Positions 15,487 through 25,200 of a stretch of DNA of 29,769 bases are shown piece after piece (the stretch's first letter is position 1; every line of letters starts with the position of its first letter). This DNA comes from a virus. Lineage: Duplodnaviria; Caudoviricetes. The stretch spans positions 1 to 29,769 of the IMG/VR virus record IMGVR_UViG_3300037046_000005, one strand, 5' to 3'. The notes beneath the pieces were generated by a model. That model was not told the origin of the DNA. It ran no database searches and saw only the letters and a list, made by a program, of their open reading frames with translations. Made by a program: the position numbers and the translations under genes.

Positions 15487-16427
15487 GCTGTGCCGCCGGT
15501 GGTGACCTCTGCAGTGAGCGTGGAGGCTGCAGCAGAGGACGAAGCTGCCACGTCGGCGAACGCGTTGACCGCTTGGGCGATGGCCCCGTTGCGGTTATCG
15601 TTGGTAGCGGCGCTGACGCGCAGTCGGGACTCATCCAGCTTGCCGTTCATGCGCAGACTAGCGGCCTGCAGTCGCAGCTCCTCGAACCCAAGCTGGACCC
15701 GGTAATAGCTGGACAGTGCGTCTTGGAACGCGCCGTAGGCTTGGGTGCGGATACGACTGGCTTCCAAGTCCTTGTTCGGCAGTTCGATCCACTGGCGATA
15801 GAAGTCGGCCATGGCCTGCATCACACCCAGCTTCAGGCGGATGGCTTGCTCCTCGGCGAACTTCAGCAGGTCCAGTTTGATCTCGGAGTCGCGGATCATC
15901 TGCTGGCGGTTGACGTCGGCGATAGCCCCGCTTGCAGCTTCCTCCGCCCGTGTCACGGCAGCGATGTGCGCCCCAGGTGGGAGTTGGAACCCACGGGAGG
16001 AGAACTCGGCGTTGATCTGGCGCACTGCGGTGTTGCGCGCACGGTACTCCCGGTCACGACCGTCATGCCAGATAGCCTCGAAGACTTCCTTACTGAGGCC
16101 GAACGGCTTCTGCCCGGTGATGATCCCACACAGCCACTCCTCCGGCGACGTGCGCAGGCACGCCTGCAGCTCGGGGAAGAACTTGTCAAGCCACTTCTCC
16201 GCCTCGCTATTGAGGAACTTGATCGTGGATGAGCTATTGTCCGGCGCCAGCAGGTCGCCCAGCGCCTGTGGCAGCGGCATGTTCGGCTTGGTCAGATCGT
16301 AGTTTAAGTTGGCGCCCTGGATGTTGGGCGTCAGGTTGTTGATCCGACTAGCTTGCTCGCGGGCTGTACTCAGTGCGCTCTGCGCGAAGTCGAATAACTG
16401 CTCGATGTTGCTATCAATGTCTGCCAT
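15483..16427 (-). CDS. Virion structural protein, helical (314 aa)
   Basis: Conserved-looking FSSRGFQLPPG and LKFAEEQAI segments; operon context. Confidence 0.65.
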   Translation of the reverse strand: MADIDSNIEQLFDFAQSALSTAREQASRINNLTPNIQGANLNYDLTKPNMPLPQALGDLLAPDNSSSTIKFLNSEAEKWLDKFFPELQACLRTSPEEWLCGIITGQKPFGLSKEVFEAIWHDGRDREYRARNTAVRQINAEFSSRGFQLPPGAHIAAVTRAEEAASGAIADVNRQQMIRDSEIKLDLLKFAEEQAIRLKLGVMQAMADFYRQWIELPNKDLEASRIRTQAYGAFQDALSSYYRVQLGFEELRLQAASLRMNGKLDESRLRVSAATNDNRNGAIAQAVNAFADVAASSSAAASTLTAEVTTGGTA

Positions 16428-16428
16428 G

Positions 16429-18342
16429 TTACCCCCTCAACCCGAAGCCACGACGTATCGTAGCCCCTACGGACAGCTCAATCGAGTCCACCTCGCAGAA
16501 CGACGCGTCAACCAGTTCCAGCTTGAGGTTCCAGTATCGGCCGGCTACGCCCTTACCGAGGTTGGATCGGCGCACGTTGGCTTGGCCAGCGGCCCGGTAG
16601 ATACGCTCACGACCATCGTCGGCCACCACCCGGACGAATACCTGCCCGTCGGTGCGAACACCCAAGTAGGCCGTGTCCAGGCGCTTCACTGCGGACGTAC
16701 CGAAGTCAGTGGTGCCGAAGTCTACCAGCGCGGAGATCAGCTCGCCTGCGTCGGTTCTGGCGCCCAGGCGGTACAGTCCATCGCTACGCCACGCATAGGT
16801 GGTGCCAGCGGACTGGGCGAACCCATCGAACCCTAAGCCGTCCAGCGTCGCTACGCCACCAGTAGCGAGGTTGACTGCGTACTGTAGGGCTTCGCGCTGG
16901 ACGGTACTGGTGGAACTACCGACGGCCACCCGCTCCATCGCCAGCATCTCGACCAGTTGCCCCAGCGTAGCGCTGTCGGACAGCGCCAGAGAATCCATAC
17001 CCACTAGATCGACGACGATAACCAGGCTGGCTTCGGTGCTGACGCCGAGGGAGTCCATAGCCAGGAGTAGTAGTGCCGAGTCCAGAGAGGCTGCGTCGAA
17101 GCCGAACATAGCGTCCATACCGTCTATCTCGCCGTTCGGCATGTACGGTTCAGTGGTCGTCAGCCGCAGACGGAAAGGCAGCTCAGCGTTGAGGAACGCG
17201 TACGGTCGAGGTGCAGCGGCGATGAGCGCCATGGGTAGGGCGTAGTCGAGCCGCATAGAGCCGCCAGACACCAAGGTCATCGACGGCACCAACGGCGGGA
17301 GCATCGCAGACAGTTGGGACACTACCCGCTCTTTGCGCCCAAGCCTGGCTTCCAGCCTCGCCATCGGCAGCGTCCGCTTCAGGTACGCCAGCTGGCGGTC
17401 GCCGCCTATCATCTCGATAGCAGGCAACGTCGCGTCCAAGGACATGACCCCACGGACTCGGGACAGCTGGGCCGCCAGTTGCCACACAGGCGCCTTGGCG
17501 TCCATGAACGACAGCGACGCCGTATCAGCCGCGGCTATACGCCACATCGGCAGCGCGCCTTGGAAGTACGCCACCTGGGCCAATGAGGCTATGACTGGGT
17601 CATCTACTGCGTCCGACAGACTGTACAGCAGTACCGCGCCGTAGACTTCGCCGAGCGACAAGCTGGTTGACGTGTAAAGTTCGTTTCCATTGGCGAGGTA
17701 CACAACCTTACCGCCCAGACGGCGTACCTCGAGCCTGGCTTCTGCGGGGAGTGACCCAGTGGCCTTGGTGATCCCGCGCTCTACCACTGCCCATTCTCCT
17801 GGCCGGGCCACGATGGAGTGGGTCATGTACCCGTAGGTGTGGTCGAAGAACGCGTCGGCCAAGCCCAACTGAGTGGCCACCAGCGAGGCGACCACTTGGC
17901 CGGAGAACGCGCCGAAGCTGGGGACCGGCGCTCGACTCCTAGCGCCGGCGTTCCAACCTGTCTGGGCCGAGTAGTCAATGCGCGCGGGCGAACCAGCTAC
18001 GGCGTTGACGGCCGGGTAGCACGTCGTCACGTCGCGGTACTGCGGTTGCAACTTAGAGGCTACGCTGCCGCCACCAATAGGTTGGCTCACGCCGTCGTAC
18101 TGGCCGCTGAGCAGGGAGGATGGGACCCACGCTCCGCCTGACGTGGGGTCTGTCGGGTCCGGCGGGAGGTATGTCAACTTCGTACCGGAGGGGGCCGGAG
18201 AGGAGCCGAACAGGCTCCCCCCACTTAACGAGGTGTACCCGACCAGCACCTTCTGGGTTGTGCAGTATGCTGCCCGCCCCTGCACCGGTCTGACCGCCGG
18301 CACGTACGTGGCGACGGGCACCTTCGAGAGGCGGTTCGGCAT
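16429..18342 (-). CDS. Tail structural protein with lectin/SPRY-like N-terminal domain (637 aa)
   Basis: GWNAGARS... beta-sandwich-like segment and C-terminal YAVNL...GLYRL...DFGT...KR...YLG...GKG..GRYW block; operon context. Confidence 0.65.
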   Translation of the reverse strand: MPNRLSKVPVATYVPAVRPVQGRAAYCTTQKVLVGYTSLSGGSLFGSSPAPSGTKLTYLPPDPTDPTSGGAWVPSSLLSGQYDGVSQPIGGGSVASKLQPQYRDVTTCYPAVNAVAGSPARIDYSAQTGWNAGARSRAPVPSFGAFSGQVVASLVATQLGLADAFFDHTYGYMTHSIVARPGEWAVVERGITKATGSLPAEARLEVRRLGGKVVYLANGNELYTSTSLSLGEVYGAVLLYSLSDAVDDPVIASLAQVAYFQGALPMWRIAAADTASLSFMDAKAPVWQLAAQLSRVRGVMSLDATLPAIEMIGGDRQLAYLKRTLPMARLEARLGRKERVVSQLSAMLPPLVPSMTLVSGGSMRLDYALPMALIAAAPRPYAFLNAELPFRLRLTTTEPYMPNGEIDGMDAMFGFDAASLDSALLLLAMDSLGVSTEASLVIVVDLVGMDSLALSDSATLGQLVEMLAMERVAVGSSTSTVQREALQYAVNLATGGVATLDGLGFDGFAQSAGTTYAWRSDGLYRLGARTDAGELISALVDFGTTDFGTSAVKRLDTAYLGVRTDGQVFVRVVADDGRERIYRAAGQANVRRSNLGKGVAGRYWNLKLELVDASFCEVDSIELSVGATIRRGFGLRG

Positions 18343-18345
18343 GGG

Positions 18346-18789
18346 TTACTGCTCCGGTATGGCCAGCTGGAACAACTCGAACGACTGCGGGGCCGCCTCT
18401 ACCAGTGGCAGCTCGGTGATGACCAAGTCGTTGCCCAGGCCGCCGCAGGTGCCTTGGATGCGCACTTCGGTGGCGGACGCGTTGCCGGTGTCAGCAGGCA
18501 GTACCAAGCGGAAGAACGACGGCGTGCCGCCAGCCACGTTGTTTCCAGTCCAGTTCTCTGCCACCGACTTGCGTAGCAACCCACCAGGCGCAGTGGGCTC
18601 GAACGTCAGCGGGGTGCCCGTGCCGCCGGCGCTGATCTGGTTTAGCAGCACCGCGCTACCCAGTGCGGCGTCAGCGTTGGCAGGGATGGTGCCGGAGTAG
18701 ATGCGGACCAGGGAGTTGTTGATCAGCGAACGGAGCGAGCCGCCTACGGCCAAGCCCTCCCGCAGTGCAGTGCTATATTTGAGAGCCAT
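18346..18789 (-). CDS. Virion structural protein (147 aa)
   Basis: MALKYSTALR...IYSGTIPANADA...FFRL...RIQG; operon context. Confidence 0.7.
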   Translation of the reverse strand: MALKYSTALREGLAVGGSLRSLINNSLVRIYSGTIPANADAALGSAVLLNQISAGGTGTPLTFEPTAPGGLLRKSVAENWTGNNVAGGTPSFFRLVLPADTGNASATEVRIQGTCGGLGNDLVITELPLVEAAPQSFELFQLAIPEQ

Positions 18790-18799
18790 GTCGAGCCTC

Positions 18800-19318
18800 T
18801 TAGATCACATTGGTTGGGATGTAGGTCAGGCCGCACACCAGCCGGGCTTCTTGCCCCGCGGACAGCGACTTCACCGTGGAGAATCGAACCACCGACAGGA
18901 GCAAGCCGGAGTTGGCGCCCTTAGTCTGGTTGGACACAATAAACGAACCGTACACTGTTGCGTCTTGGGTGGGGGTAAACACCGCCTTGTTGGCGAAGTT
19001 GTCGTAGGTCCCAGCCCCGTCGTAGGTGCGCGCCCATAGGGGCCGAGTGGCCTCGCTATAATTCACGAACTCACCCATGTTCACCGGGATATCCGCCGCG
19101 GTAGTCCCGGCGCTGGACACGAAGTTCTTCGTGAACAGCCCGCAGTAGAAGTTGGCCACGGGTGGGGTGTCGCCGAATGGGGCTTGGATAAGGAAGTCGA
19201 TGCCAGCCTGTGGGATGCGGTTGTACTGCACCTCGCGGTCCACAACGGCCCCAGTAGCGAGGTCCACGATCTCCAGCTCGTAGCGGAAACCAAGGATTTT
19301 CAGTGTGTCTTTGTTCAT
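18800..19318 (-). CDS. Virion structural / tail-fibre-associated protein (172 aa)
   Basis: NRIPQAG...FYCGL...YSEATRPLW...LLSVVRF; operon context. Confidence 0.7.
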   Translation of the reverse strand: MNKDTLKILGFRYELEIVDLATGAVVDREVQYNRIPQAGIDFLIQAPFGDTPPVANFYCGLFTKNFVSSAGTTAADIPVNMGEFVNYSEATRPLWARTYDGAGTYDNFANKAVFTPTQDATVYGSFIVSNQTKGANSGLLLSVVRFSTVKSLSAGQEARLVCGLTYIPTNVI

Positions 19319-20523
19319 GGTCCCACCTCTAGGTCAGCGAAGTCGCCGGTAGCCAGGTTGTTTCGGTCGACGGCTCCGCGCATGGAGGTAACCACCATCT
19401 GCACCCCGTCATGTTCCACCACCCCAGCGGCACCTCTGGCGGCTATGTCGGGCGCGTAGTTGCGTTGCATGGGTAAGGCGATCTGGCCAGAAGGTGAACC
19501 GATGGCTTGCCCGTACTTGGTAAACCACGCTACGCTTCCATCTGGCAACGCGGTCGCTGACCCTTCCACTGCCCCTACCTCCGACACCACCCGCTGGACC
19601 GGCTCCGCCGTCTCTAAGCCTGTGATGAAATAAGTCTTGTCCGCGGCAATATACACCCCACCATCCGTCGGCGCCACTAAGGTCACGGGGGCTCCGTACT
19701 GGAAGAACCCAGCAACGGGGTCCATCAGGTGCGGGTACATCGGCGAGGTGAACATCACGTACCGCCCAAGCCTCCCGACGAGCACGCCGTGGTGGGCTTT
19801 CAGTTCGTCGCAGGTGGGGAACGGGGCCAGGTCGTAGGTGGTGAGCGTCTCGGTGTCGTCGCGCACCGCGGTGACGGCGCTTGCCCCACCCACGAGCAGC
19901 TGCTGGTAGTAAAGCGCCTCGCCGTTTACCACGGAGGTGTACACCCGGAGCAGTCGCGGGTCGTCAGAAGTCAACCGTACCGCCTTACCTTCAGCGAGCT
20001 GGACCGTGATCATCTGTGCCGCAGACTCCTCCCCGTCGTCCCCCATGGCGGTCACCGCGAACCGATACAGACCGGCCGGCAGGTGCCCGTCTATGACCTC
20101 GACGTCCGCAGCTGGTGTCGGGACCGCCCACTGGCGCAGTGTCTGCCCGTCCGTGCGGACGCTGTCAGTCGCCGAGCACAGGTACAGCCGACCTGCCAAA
20201 ACGGCGCCGGTGACAGGGGCGGCGCTGTAGAGTTGGCCGAGGAGTTGGACTTCGGACGTTGCAGTGTCGAGCGCGTACACATCCACCCCGTCGACAAAGA
20301 CTACCTTGCTACCAACCACCGCAGCGAACCGGCAGTCCGCGCACTCAACCAGCCGGTCGTAGCCGGGGCGCAGGCGCGGCATTCCGTCCGCATGTGGGAC
20401 GAGGTTGTGCATCTCGCGGACGAACCCTTCTGGCAACCGATTCGGGGCGGCTACGTTGTTGGCGCCGAGCGGCCACTGGTCATAGCGCTGGTTGGTCTCG
20501 GGGTCTGGACGGGCGTACTTCAT
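19315..20523 (-). CDS. Putative tail tube/nozzle-like protein (402 aa)
   Basis: ATG overlaps the endolysin TGA. N-terminal WPLGANN...L...NL...RLRPGY resembles starts of nozzle-type proteins, followed by beta-propeller-like repeats. Confidence 0.6.
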   Translation of the reverse strand: MKYARPDPETNQRYDQWPLGANNVAAPNRLPEGFVREMHNLVPHADGMPRLRPGYDRLVECADCRFAAVVGSKVVFVDGVDVYALDTATSEVQLLGQLYSAAPVTGAVLAGRLYLCSATDSVRTDGQTLRQWAVPTPAADVEVIDGHLPAGLYRFAVTAMGDDGEESAAQMITVQLAEGKAVRLTSDDPRLLRVYTSVVNGEALYYQQLLVGGASAVTAVRDDTETLTTYDLAPFPTCDELKAHHGVLVGRLGRYVMFTSPMYPHLMDPVAGFFQYGAPVTLVAPTDGGVYIAADKTYFITGLETAEPVQRVVSEVGAVEGSATALPDGSVAWFTKYGQAIGSPSGQIALPMQRNYAPDIAARGAAGVVEHDGVQMVVTSMRGAVDRNNLATGDFADLEVGP

Positions 20524-21068
20524 CAGATAACCACTCGGTGTAGGAACCAACCGAAGACAAAGTCCTCGTTCTTCTCGCGCTTCTCGCAGAGGTACACGTA
20601 GCGCTCGCCCTGGAAGGCATTCAACGCCGTCAGCATCACGACCTCGCCGTCCCGTCCGCGGTGCTTCAGGTAGGCAGCCAGAGCGTCACGGGTGTTCTTC
20701 CCGACCACGCCGTCTGGCTTCAGGTCTGGATACAGCTTGCCCTGCTGGTTGAAGGCGTTGAGCGCTCGCTGTAGGAATCCACCCGCGATCTCCACACCCA
20801 TATTCACGCCGGTATCAAACAGCTCCTCGGCGATCGCTTCGGACAGGAGCATGACGCGGTCGAAGCCAGGGGCGACGAGGTACTCCTGCCGGAAGATACG
20901 AACCGCTTCGGTGCGGGGCAGGGCGCGCATGTCGCCGGTGTAGCCGTTAGCTCGGGCTACCTTCTGAGTTATCCCCCACATAGTGGGGCCGCCAAGGTCG
21001 TTGGGGTGGTTCGAGTACCGCCCCTCCTTGCCGATGGTGTTGTTTATGATCTGGTCGATTTTGCTCAC
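20523..21068 (-). CDS. Endolysin, glycoside hydrolase family 108 + PG_binding_3 (181 aa)
   Basis: EGRYSNHPNDLGGPTMWGIT, LFDTGVNMG, LQRALN, DGVVG and FVFGWFLHRV. GTG start overlaps the Rz1 stop. Confidence 0.93.
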   Translation of the reverse strand: MSKIDQIINNTIGKEGRYSNHPNDLGGPTMWGITQKVARANGYTGDMRALPRTEAVRIFRQEYLVAPGFDRVMLLSEAIAEELFDTGVNMGVEIAGGFLQRALNAFNQQGKLYPDLKPDGVVGKNTRDALAAYLKHRGRDGEVVMLTALNAFQGERYVYLCEKREKNEDFVFGWFLHRVVI

Positions 21069-21346
21069 TCCACCCTCCCACGCAGCCAGCGCTGCAGCTC
21101 GACGTAGCGGTCCCTGACCTGCCTCGCACATTGATTGTTGGATACAATAGCCGCTTCCGCCTCGGTACGCTGCATGCTTGGCGTCAACTCCACGTACCGG
21201 CAGGGCTCCTGCATCAGCCTATCGTCCGGTTGCTCCGGCTTCGGGCACTGGGCAGGGTAGACCGAGGGACCGGTTGTAGAGGCACACCCAGTCAAAGTCG
21301 CGCTCAGGATCAACAGGGCACATGCGGTCGCGGTACTTGGTGACAT
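21065..21346 (-). CDS. Rz1: o-spanin lipoprotein
   Basis: Signal peptide with lipobox LTGC, Pro-rich mature part, start embedded in the 3' end of the i-spanin. Confidence 0.85.
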   Translation of the reverse strand: MSPSTATACALLILSATLTGCASTTGPSVYPAQCPKPEQPDDRLMQEPCRYVELTPSMQRTEAEAAIVSNNQCARQVRDRYVELQRWLRGRVE

Positions 21347-21617
21347 ATCGGATGACCTCCCGGTCTACGTACTGAACGTCCACGGTGGCTGCTTTCTCTA
21401 CCTCGTCCAGTCTGGCGGTCGACTCGGCGCGGTTCTTACGACCTGCTGCTTCCACCGCTTCCACCTGCGCCTGCAGCTCGGACTGAGCCTTGTTGTGCCT
21501 GCGCTCTATGTCAGCTATGTCGCCGTCGGCGATACCGCCCCGGATGTACCACGCCCCGACAGCCCCCAGCAGCAGGGCCGCCAGGTACGGGGCGAGGCGG
21601 ATCAGTGCTGCTGGCAT
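21219..21617 (-). CDS. Rz: i-spanin (132 aa)
   Basis: N-terminal TM (YLAALLLGAVGAWYI), coiled-coil body, VDREVIRYV segment and overlap with the lipoprotein gene. Confidence 0.85.
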   Translation of the reverse strand: MPAALIRLAPYLAALLLGAVGAWYIRGGIADGDIADIERRHNKAQSELQAQVEAVEAAGRKNRAESTARLDEVEKAATVDVQYVDREVIRYVTKYRDRMCPVDPERDFDWVCLYNRSLGLPCPVPEAGATGR

Positions 21618-21910
21618 GCGTGCGACGCCCTGCGCGAAGTAACCATCTGAATCTGGCCGAGGAATACGATAGCCACTGCCAGGTTGTATGCGAAGAACAT
21701 AGGCCCGCTGAGTAGCTGGCCCTGCCCGAGTGGTGGGTGTTCCATCCACGCCAAAGACGTTGCCAGGAGGAACAGAACGCTGAGCATGCAGATCGAAGCC
21801 ACTGCGGTCTTGTCGCTCTCCCGCACAGTGCCGGCGGTGCGAAAGAACACCACCGACCTGGCTATGACGAACAGGTGGATCAACGCAGTTACTACGGACA
21901 CAAGGATCAT
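21602..21910 (-). CDS. Small three-TM membrane protein (holin/antiholin candidate, 102 aa)
   Basis: GGAGG RBS with ATG 21910; three hydrophobic segments; inside the lysis cassette. Confidence 0.7.
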   Translation of the reverse strand: MILVSVVTALIHLFVIARSVVFFRTAGTVRESDKTAVASICMLSVLFLLATSLAWMEHPPLGQGQLLSGPMFFAYNLAVAIVFLGQIQMVTSRRASHACQQH

Positions 21911-21914
21911 GGGG

Positions 21915-22238
21915 TTACCTCCCAAAGGGTAACGTTCGGTCTAAGAATGCGATGAACCTGGCCTCCAGCGCGTGGACTACCGGGAACGCAAAGAAGCCAA
22001 GTAGCATCACAATACTGTCCCTGAATTCGTTCTCCTCCGAAATCATCCCGCCGAGAGACTTTCCGAGGAAGGCTGCAAGGATCACATTCGCAGCAAGGAC
22101 ACCCCATACGAACTTGCGGTTCTTGGTTGCGTTCAAGTAGTAGAAGTTGGCGATCCCGCCAAATGCGCCGAGGAGTCCAAGGTGGCCCCACGACAATGCG
22201 CCCTCCAGAAAGCGCAATGCTCGGTCAAGTAAGTCCAC
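21915..22238 (-). CDS. Holin (107 aa)
   Basis: AGGAG RBS with GTG start; 2-3 TM segments (GLLGAFGGIANF, VLAANVILAAFLG, IVMLLGFFAFP); first gene of the lysis cassette. Confidence 0.8.
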   Translation of the reverse strand: MDLLDRALRFLEGALSWGHLGLLGAFGGIANFYYLNATKNRKFVWGVLAANVILAAFLGKSLGGMISEENEFRDSIVMLLGFFAFPVVHALEARFIAFLDRTLPFGR

Positions 22239-22268
22239 GGCGAAGCTCCTTGTTCGTGTGCTTGCACA

Positions 22269-22277
22269 ATGCTACCA
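22269..22277 (-). promoter_or_regulatory. Candidate extended -10 promoter for the lysis cassette
   Basis: Minus strand reads TG-G-TAGCAT (TGnTAnnnT) about 30 nt upstream of the holin start; no good -35. Confidence 0.35.
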
Positions 22278-25200
22278 CGTGCCAACCTGTTCCTGTATGG
22301 AGCGGGCCGGGGCGCGTGAAGTAGCTGCCCCGTATTGGCTTGCGTTGATTTGGGAGCGTACCCGAGTAACGATAGACCGGCGAAGGTCAGAGCCCTTAAC
22401 CGCCATGTCGGGGAAACTTGAGTTCCACTCGTGGATGGCGTCCATCGCCTCGTTGATCATGTCCTGATCGCTGGTTGCGTGGCCCAAGGCTAGGCGCCCC
22501 AAGTACCGCTGCTTGAGCGTTTGCGCCCGAATGGACGCTTCGTAGGTAGCCCCACGGACTTCCTCCGCCTCGCGGCGACCGCCGCTGCGCAGGCCCATCG
22601 CGCCAGTGACGGTGTCCCACACACCGGGCTCGTAGTACACGATCTGCCGGCTGTCCTTGGCGCCCTGCTGTCCTTCGAAGAACGCCTTGTACACGTCACG
22701 GATACCGGCCGGAGCCAAGTTCTTGACGGCGGCTACGTGGTCACCAGCAATAGCCTTCTCGATGCCAGTGAAGATGTTCGCGCCGAGGCCAGCCCACGGC
22801 CCGATGTTCTGCATCACGTAGAACTGGAACATCTCTTTGGCGCTGGCGTCAGTCGGTGCGTACTGCCCGCCGAAGGTAACCAGTCCGTCCGCTCCTACCC
22901 GGCTCAGGTCGAGCGCGCCGGACAGCAGACCGTGGGCCAGAATCTGCGGGGTAGACCGGACGAAGTCAGTGCGGCTGTCCAGCAGATCGTCGTCGTCACG
23001 GAACAGGTCTGCGATGAAGAACGCCATCGGTGCCAAGACGGTGCCAACGGCGCCGGTCAGGGCGAGCTGGGTGCCGAGCATCCACGCCAGGGCGCGGCGA
23101 GCTGTGGCCTTCTCCTCTGGCGTGCCGCTGAAGCTGTCCCGAATGTCCTTGCCCATCATGGCCAGCATGTTCACGCGGTACTGCTGGAACTGGAAGATCA
23201 CCTTGCGCCACGGCCCCTGCATGATCGTAGGCTTGTTCGACTGGCTGTAGTCGAACTGCGTGGTGAGGGTAGCGGAGTCAGCAATGTCAGCAATGTCTGT
23301 CAGGGCTTGGCCGTCCACACTGTGGCCTACACCGCGTTTCTGCATCTCCAGGCGGGCGGCGGCGAGCGCCACCACTTGGCGGTTGAACACCTCCGACTTG
23401 TGCATGAACGTGCCGGCTACTTCCAGCACTCGGCGCCAGTGGCTGGACATGGTCACGCCTGTCTCGCCGTTGGCCAGGCTGGCCATGTCGTGGGACAGGG
23501 TGAAGTCCAAGGTGCCCCGCTCGAACAAGTCCTGCAGTACCTTGCGCTCTGCGCTGCCCACGTCGAGAGTCGACTTTTCGCCGAGCAGGTTGCCCCGGCT
23601 CTTTGTGAAGTCGGAAAGCGCCCGCTTGATCTCCCGCAACGCAGCGGCGTTGCCGTAGCTGCCAGCCAGGCGAGGTAGGGTTACCATCGGGGTCTGCATG
23701 GCGTTGATGATCAGCTGGCTCGGCGACGACATGAACCACAGGAAGCCACCCTGACTCAGGGCGTCTGCTACCGGTGAGCGCTCGGTCTGGATGGACGCGG
23801 CGTGCTGGCGCTTGACGGCCTCCAGTACACGCTGGCGCTTGATTCCACTCTCGTCGTTAGCACCCTGAGTGGCCGTCTCCTGCAGTTGCACCAGCTTCTC
23901 ACTGATCTGGCCGTCGTAGCGCAGGCTGGCCACGCTCCGGGCGGCCTTGATCGTGTAGTCGCTGAACCCACGGAACGCGTTGGTCGTGGCGCCGCGGGTG
24001 TTCTTGCGGCGGTTGGCGTGCTGCAGGAACGAGGACTGTGGCAGCGACTGAAGGTAGGCTTCCACCAGGCCCTCGCGGATCGCGCGGTGCAGCTGCGGGT
24101 CTGCGCTCTGCGAGACGATGCCATCCACCGACTGCTCGATGGCGCGGATCGTCTGCTGGCTGATACCGTCCAGCTCCCAGTTGTGCTCGCGGCGCAGCGT
24201 CGGCATCGACACAGAGTAGGCCCCAGTGTCGGCGTAGTCGCCTGCCAGCAGCTCGGCGCGGGCAGCGTTGGCCTCCTCGATGGTGTCGTGGCCGGAGAAC
24301 CACTCGACCTTGCCTTCCTTGCTGCGCACGGTTACCAAGTAGTCGCCGTACCGCTGGAGCGGGGAGTACGGACCAGTCCGCATCTTGTTCATGGCTGACT
24401 CGATTCGGTCGCCGTACAGCGACTTAAACTTGTCACTGGCATAGAACTCGGCGTCGGTCTGACCGTCGCTTTTGTAGACGCGGGCGATCTCGCTGCGCAG
24501 CGCATTGAAGCGAGCGTTCCACAAGGAGGAGTACAGCGCCTGCGTCTCCTTGTAGAGTTGCTGCCCCTCGGTGCCGACCGACTTCCACAGACGGGTCAGG
24601 TCCTTATGCGCCTGCTCGCGCTCAGCCTGAGTGAAGTTCGTCTCAGCGTAGTTGAGCTGCGACTGCTGCTCCATCGAGCGGTCTGGCCACAAGCGGTACA
24701 GGGTGCCCACCTGCTGCAGTTGGTTCCACGCCTCCATGCGCTTCGGGTTCTTCTGCGCGAACGCCTTGATCTGGTTAGCCGTAGCCATCGGCGACAATTC
24801 GCCCATGTCCTGACCGTGGTAGTTCAGAGACTTGCCGGCGGTGATGAGCTTATTAAACGTCGCTTCCTTGGTGCGCTTCAGGCGGGCGAACTCGCCGAGC
24901 TGACCGCCGAAGAACTTGTCGTACAGGTTCGCCAACTGGTTGAGCGGTACGGTGTCCAGCGCGAGTTTGCGGGCTTTGTCCGCCGCGGTGGCTGTGCCGA
25001 TGCTGCGCACAGACTGGAGAGCCGACGCGCCCGTGTCCTTCACGACGTCTGCCACGTTGCGCTTGGTGCCGTCGGCCTCGGCGGTCGCGGAGGTGATGAC
25101 CTCGTCCAGATCGGCCACGGCGCGAGAGAACCGCGGGTCCCCGTCTACGAACTCGTTGGGGTTCGTCATGGCGAACTCGAGCCCCTGCAGGTGTGACCGC

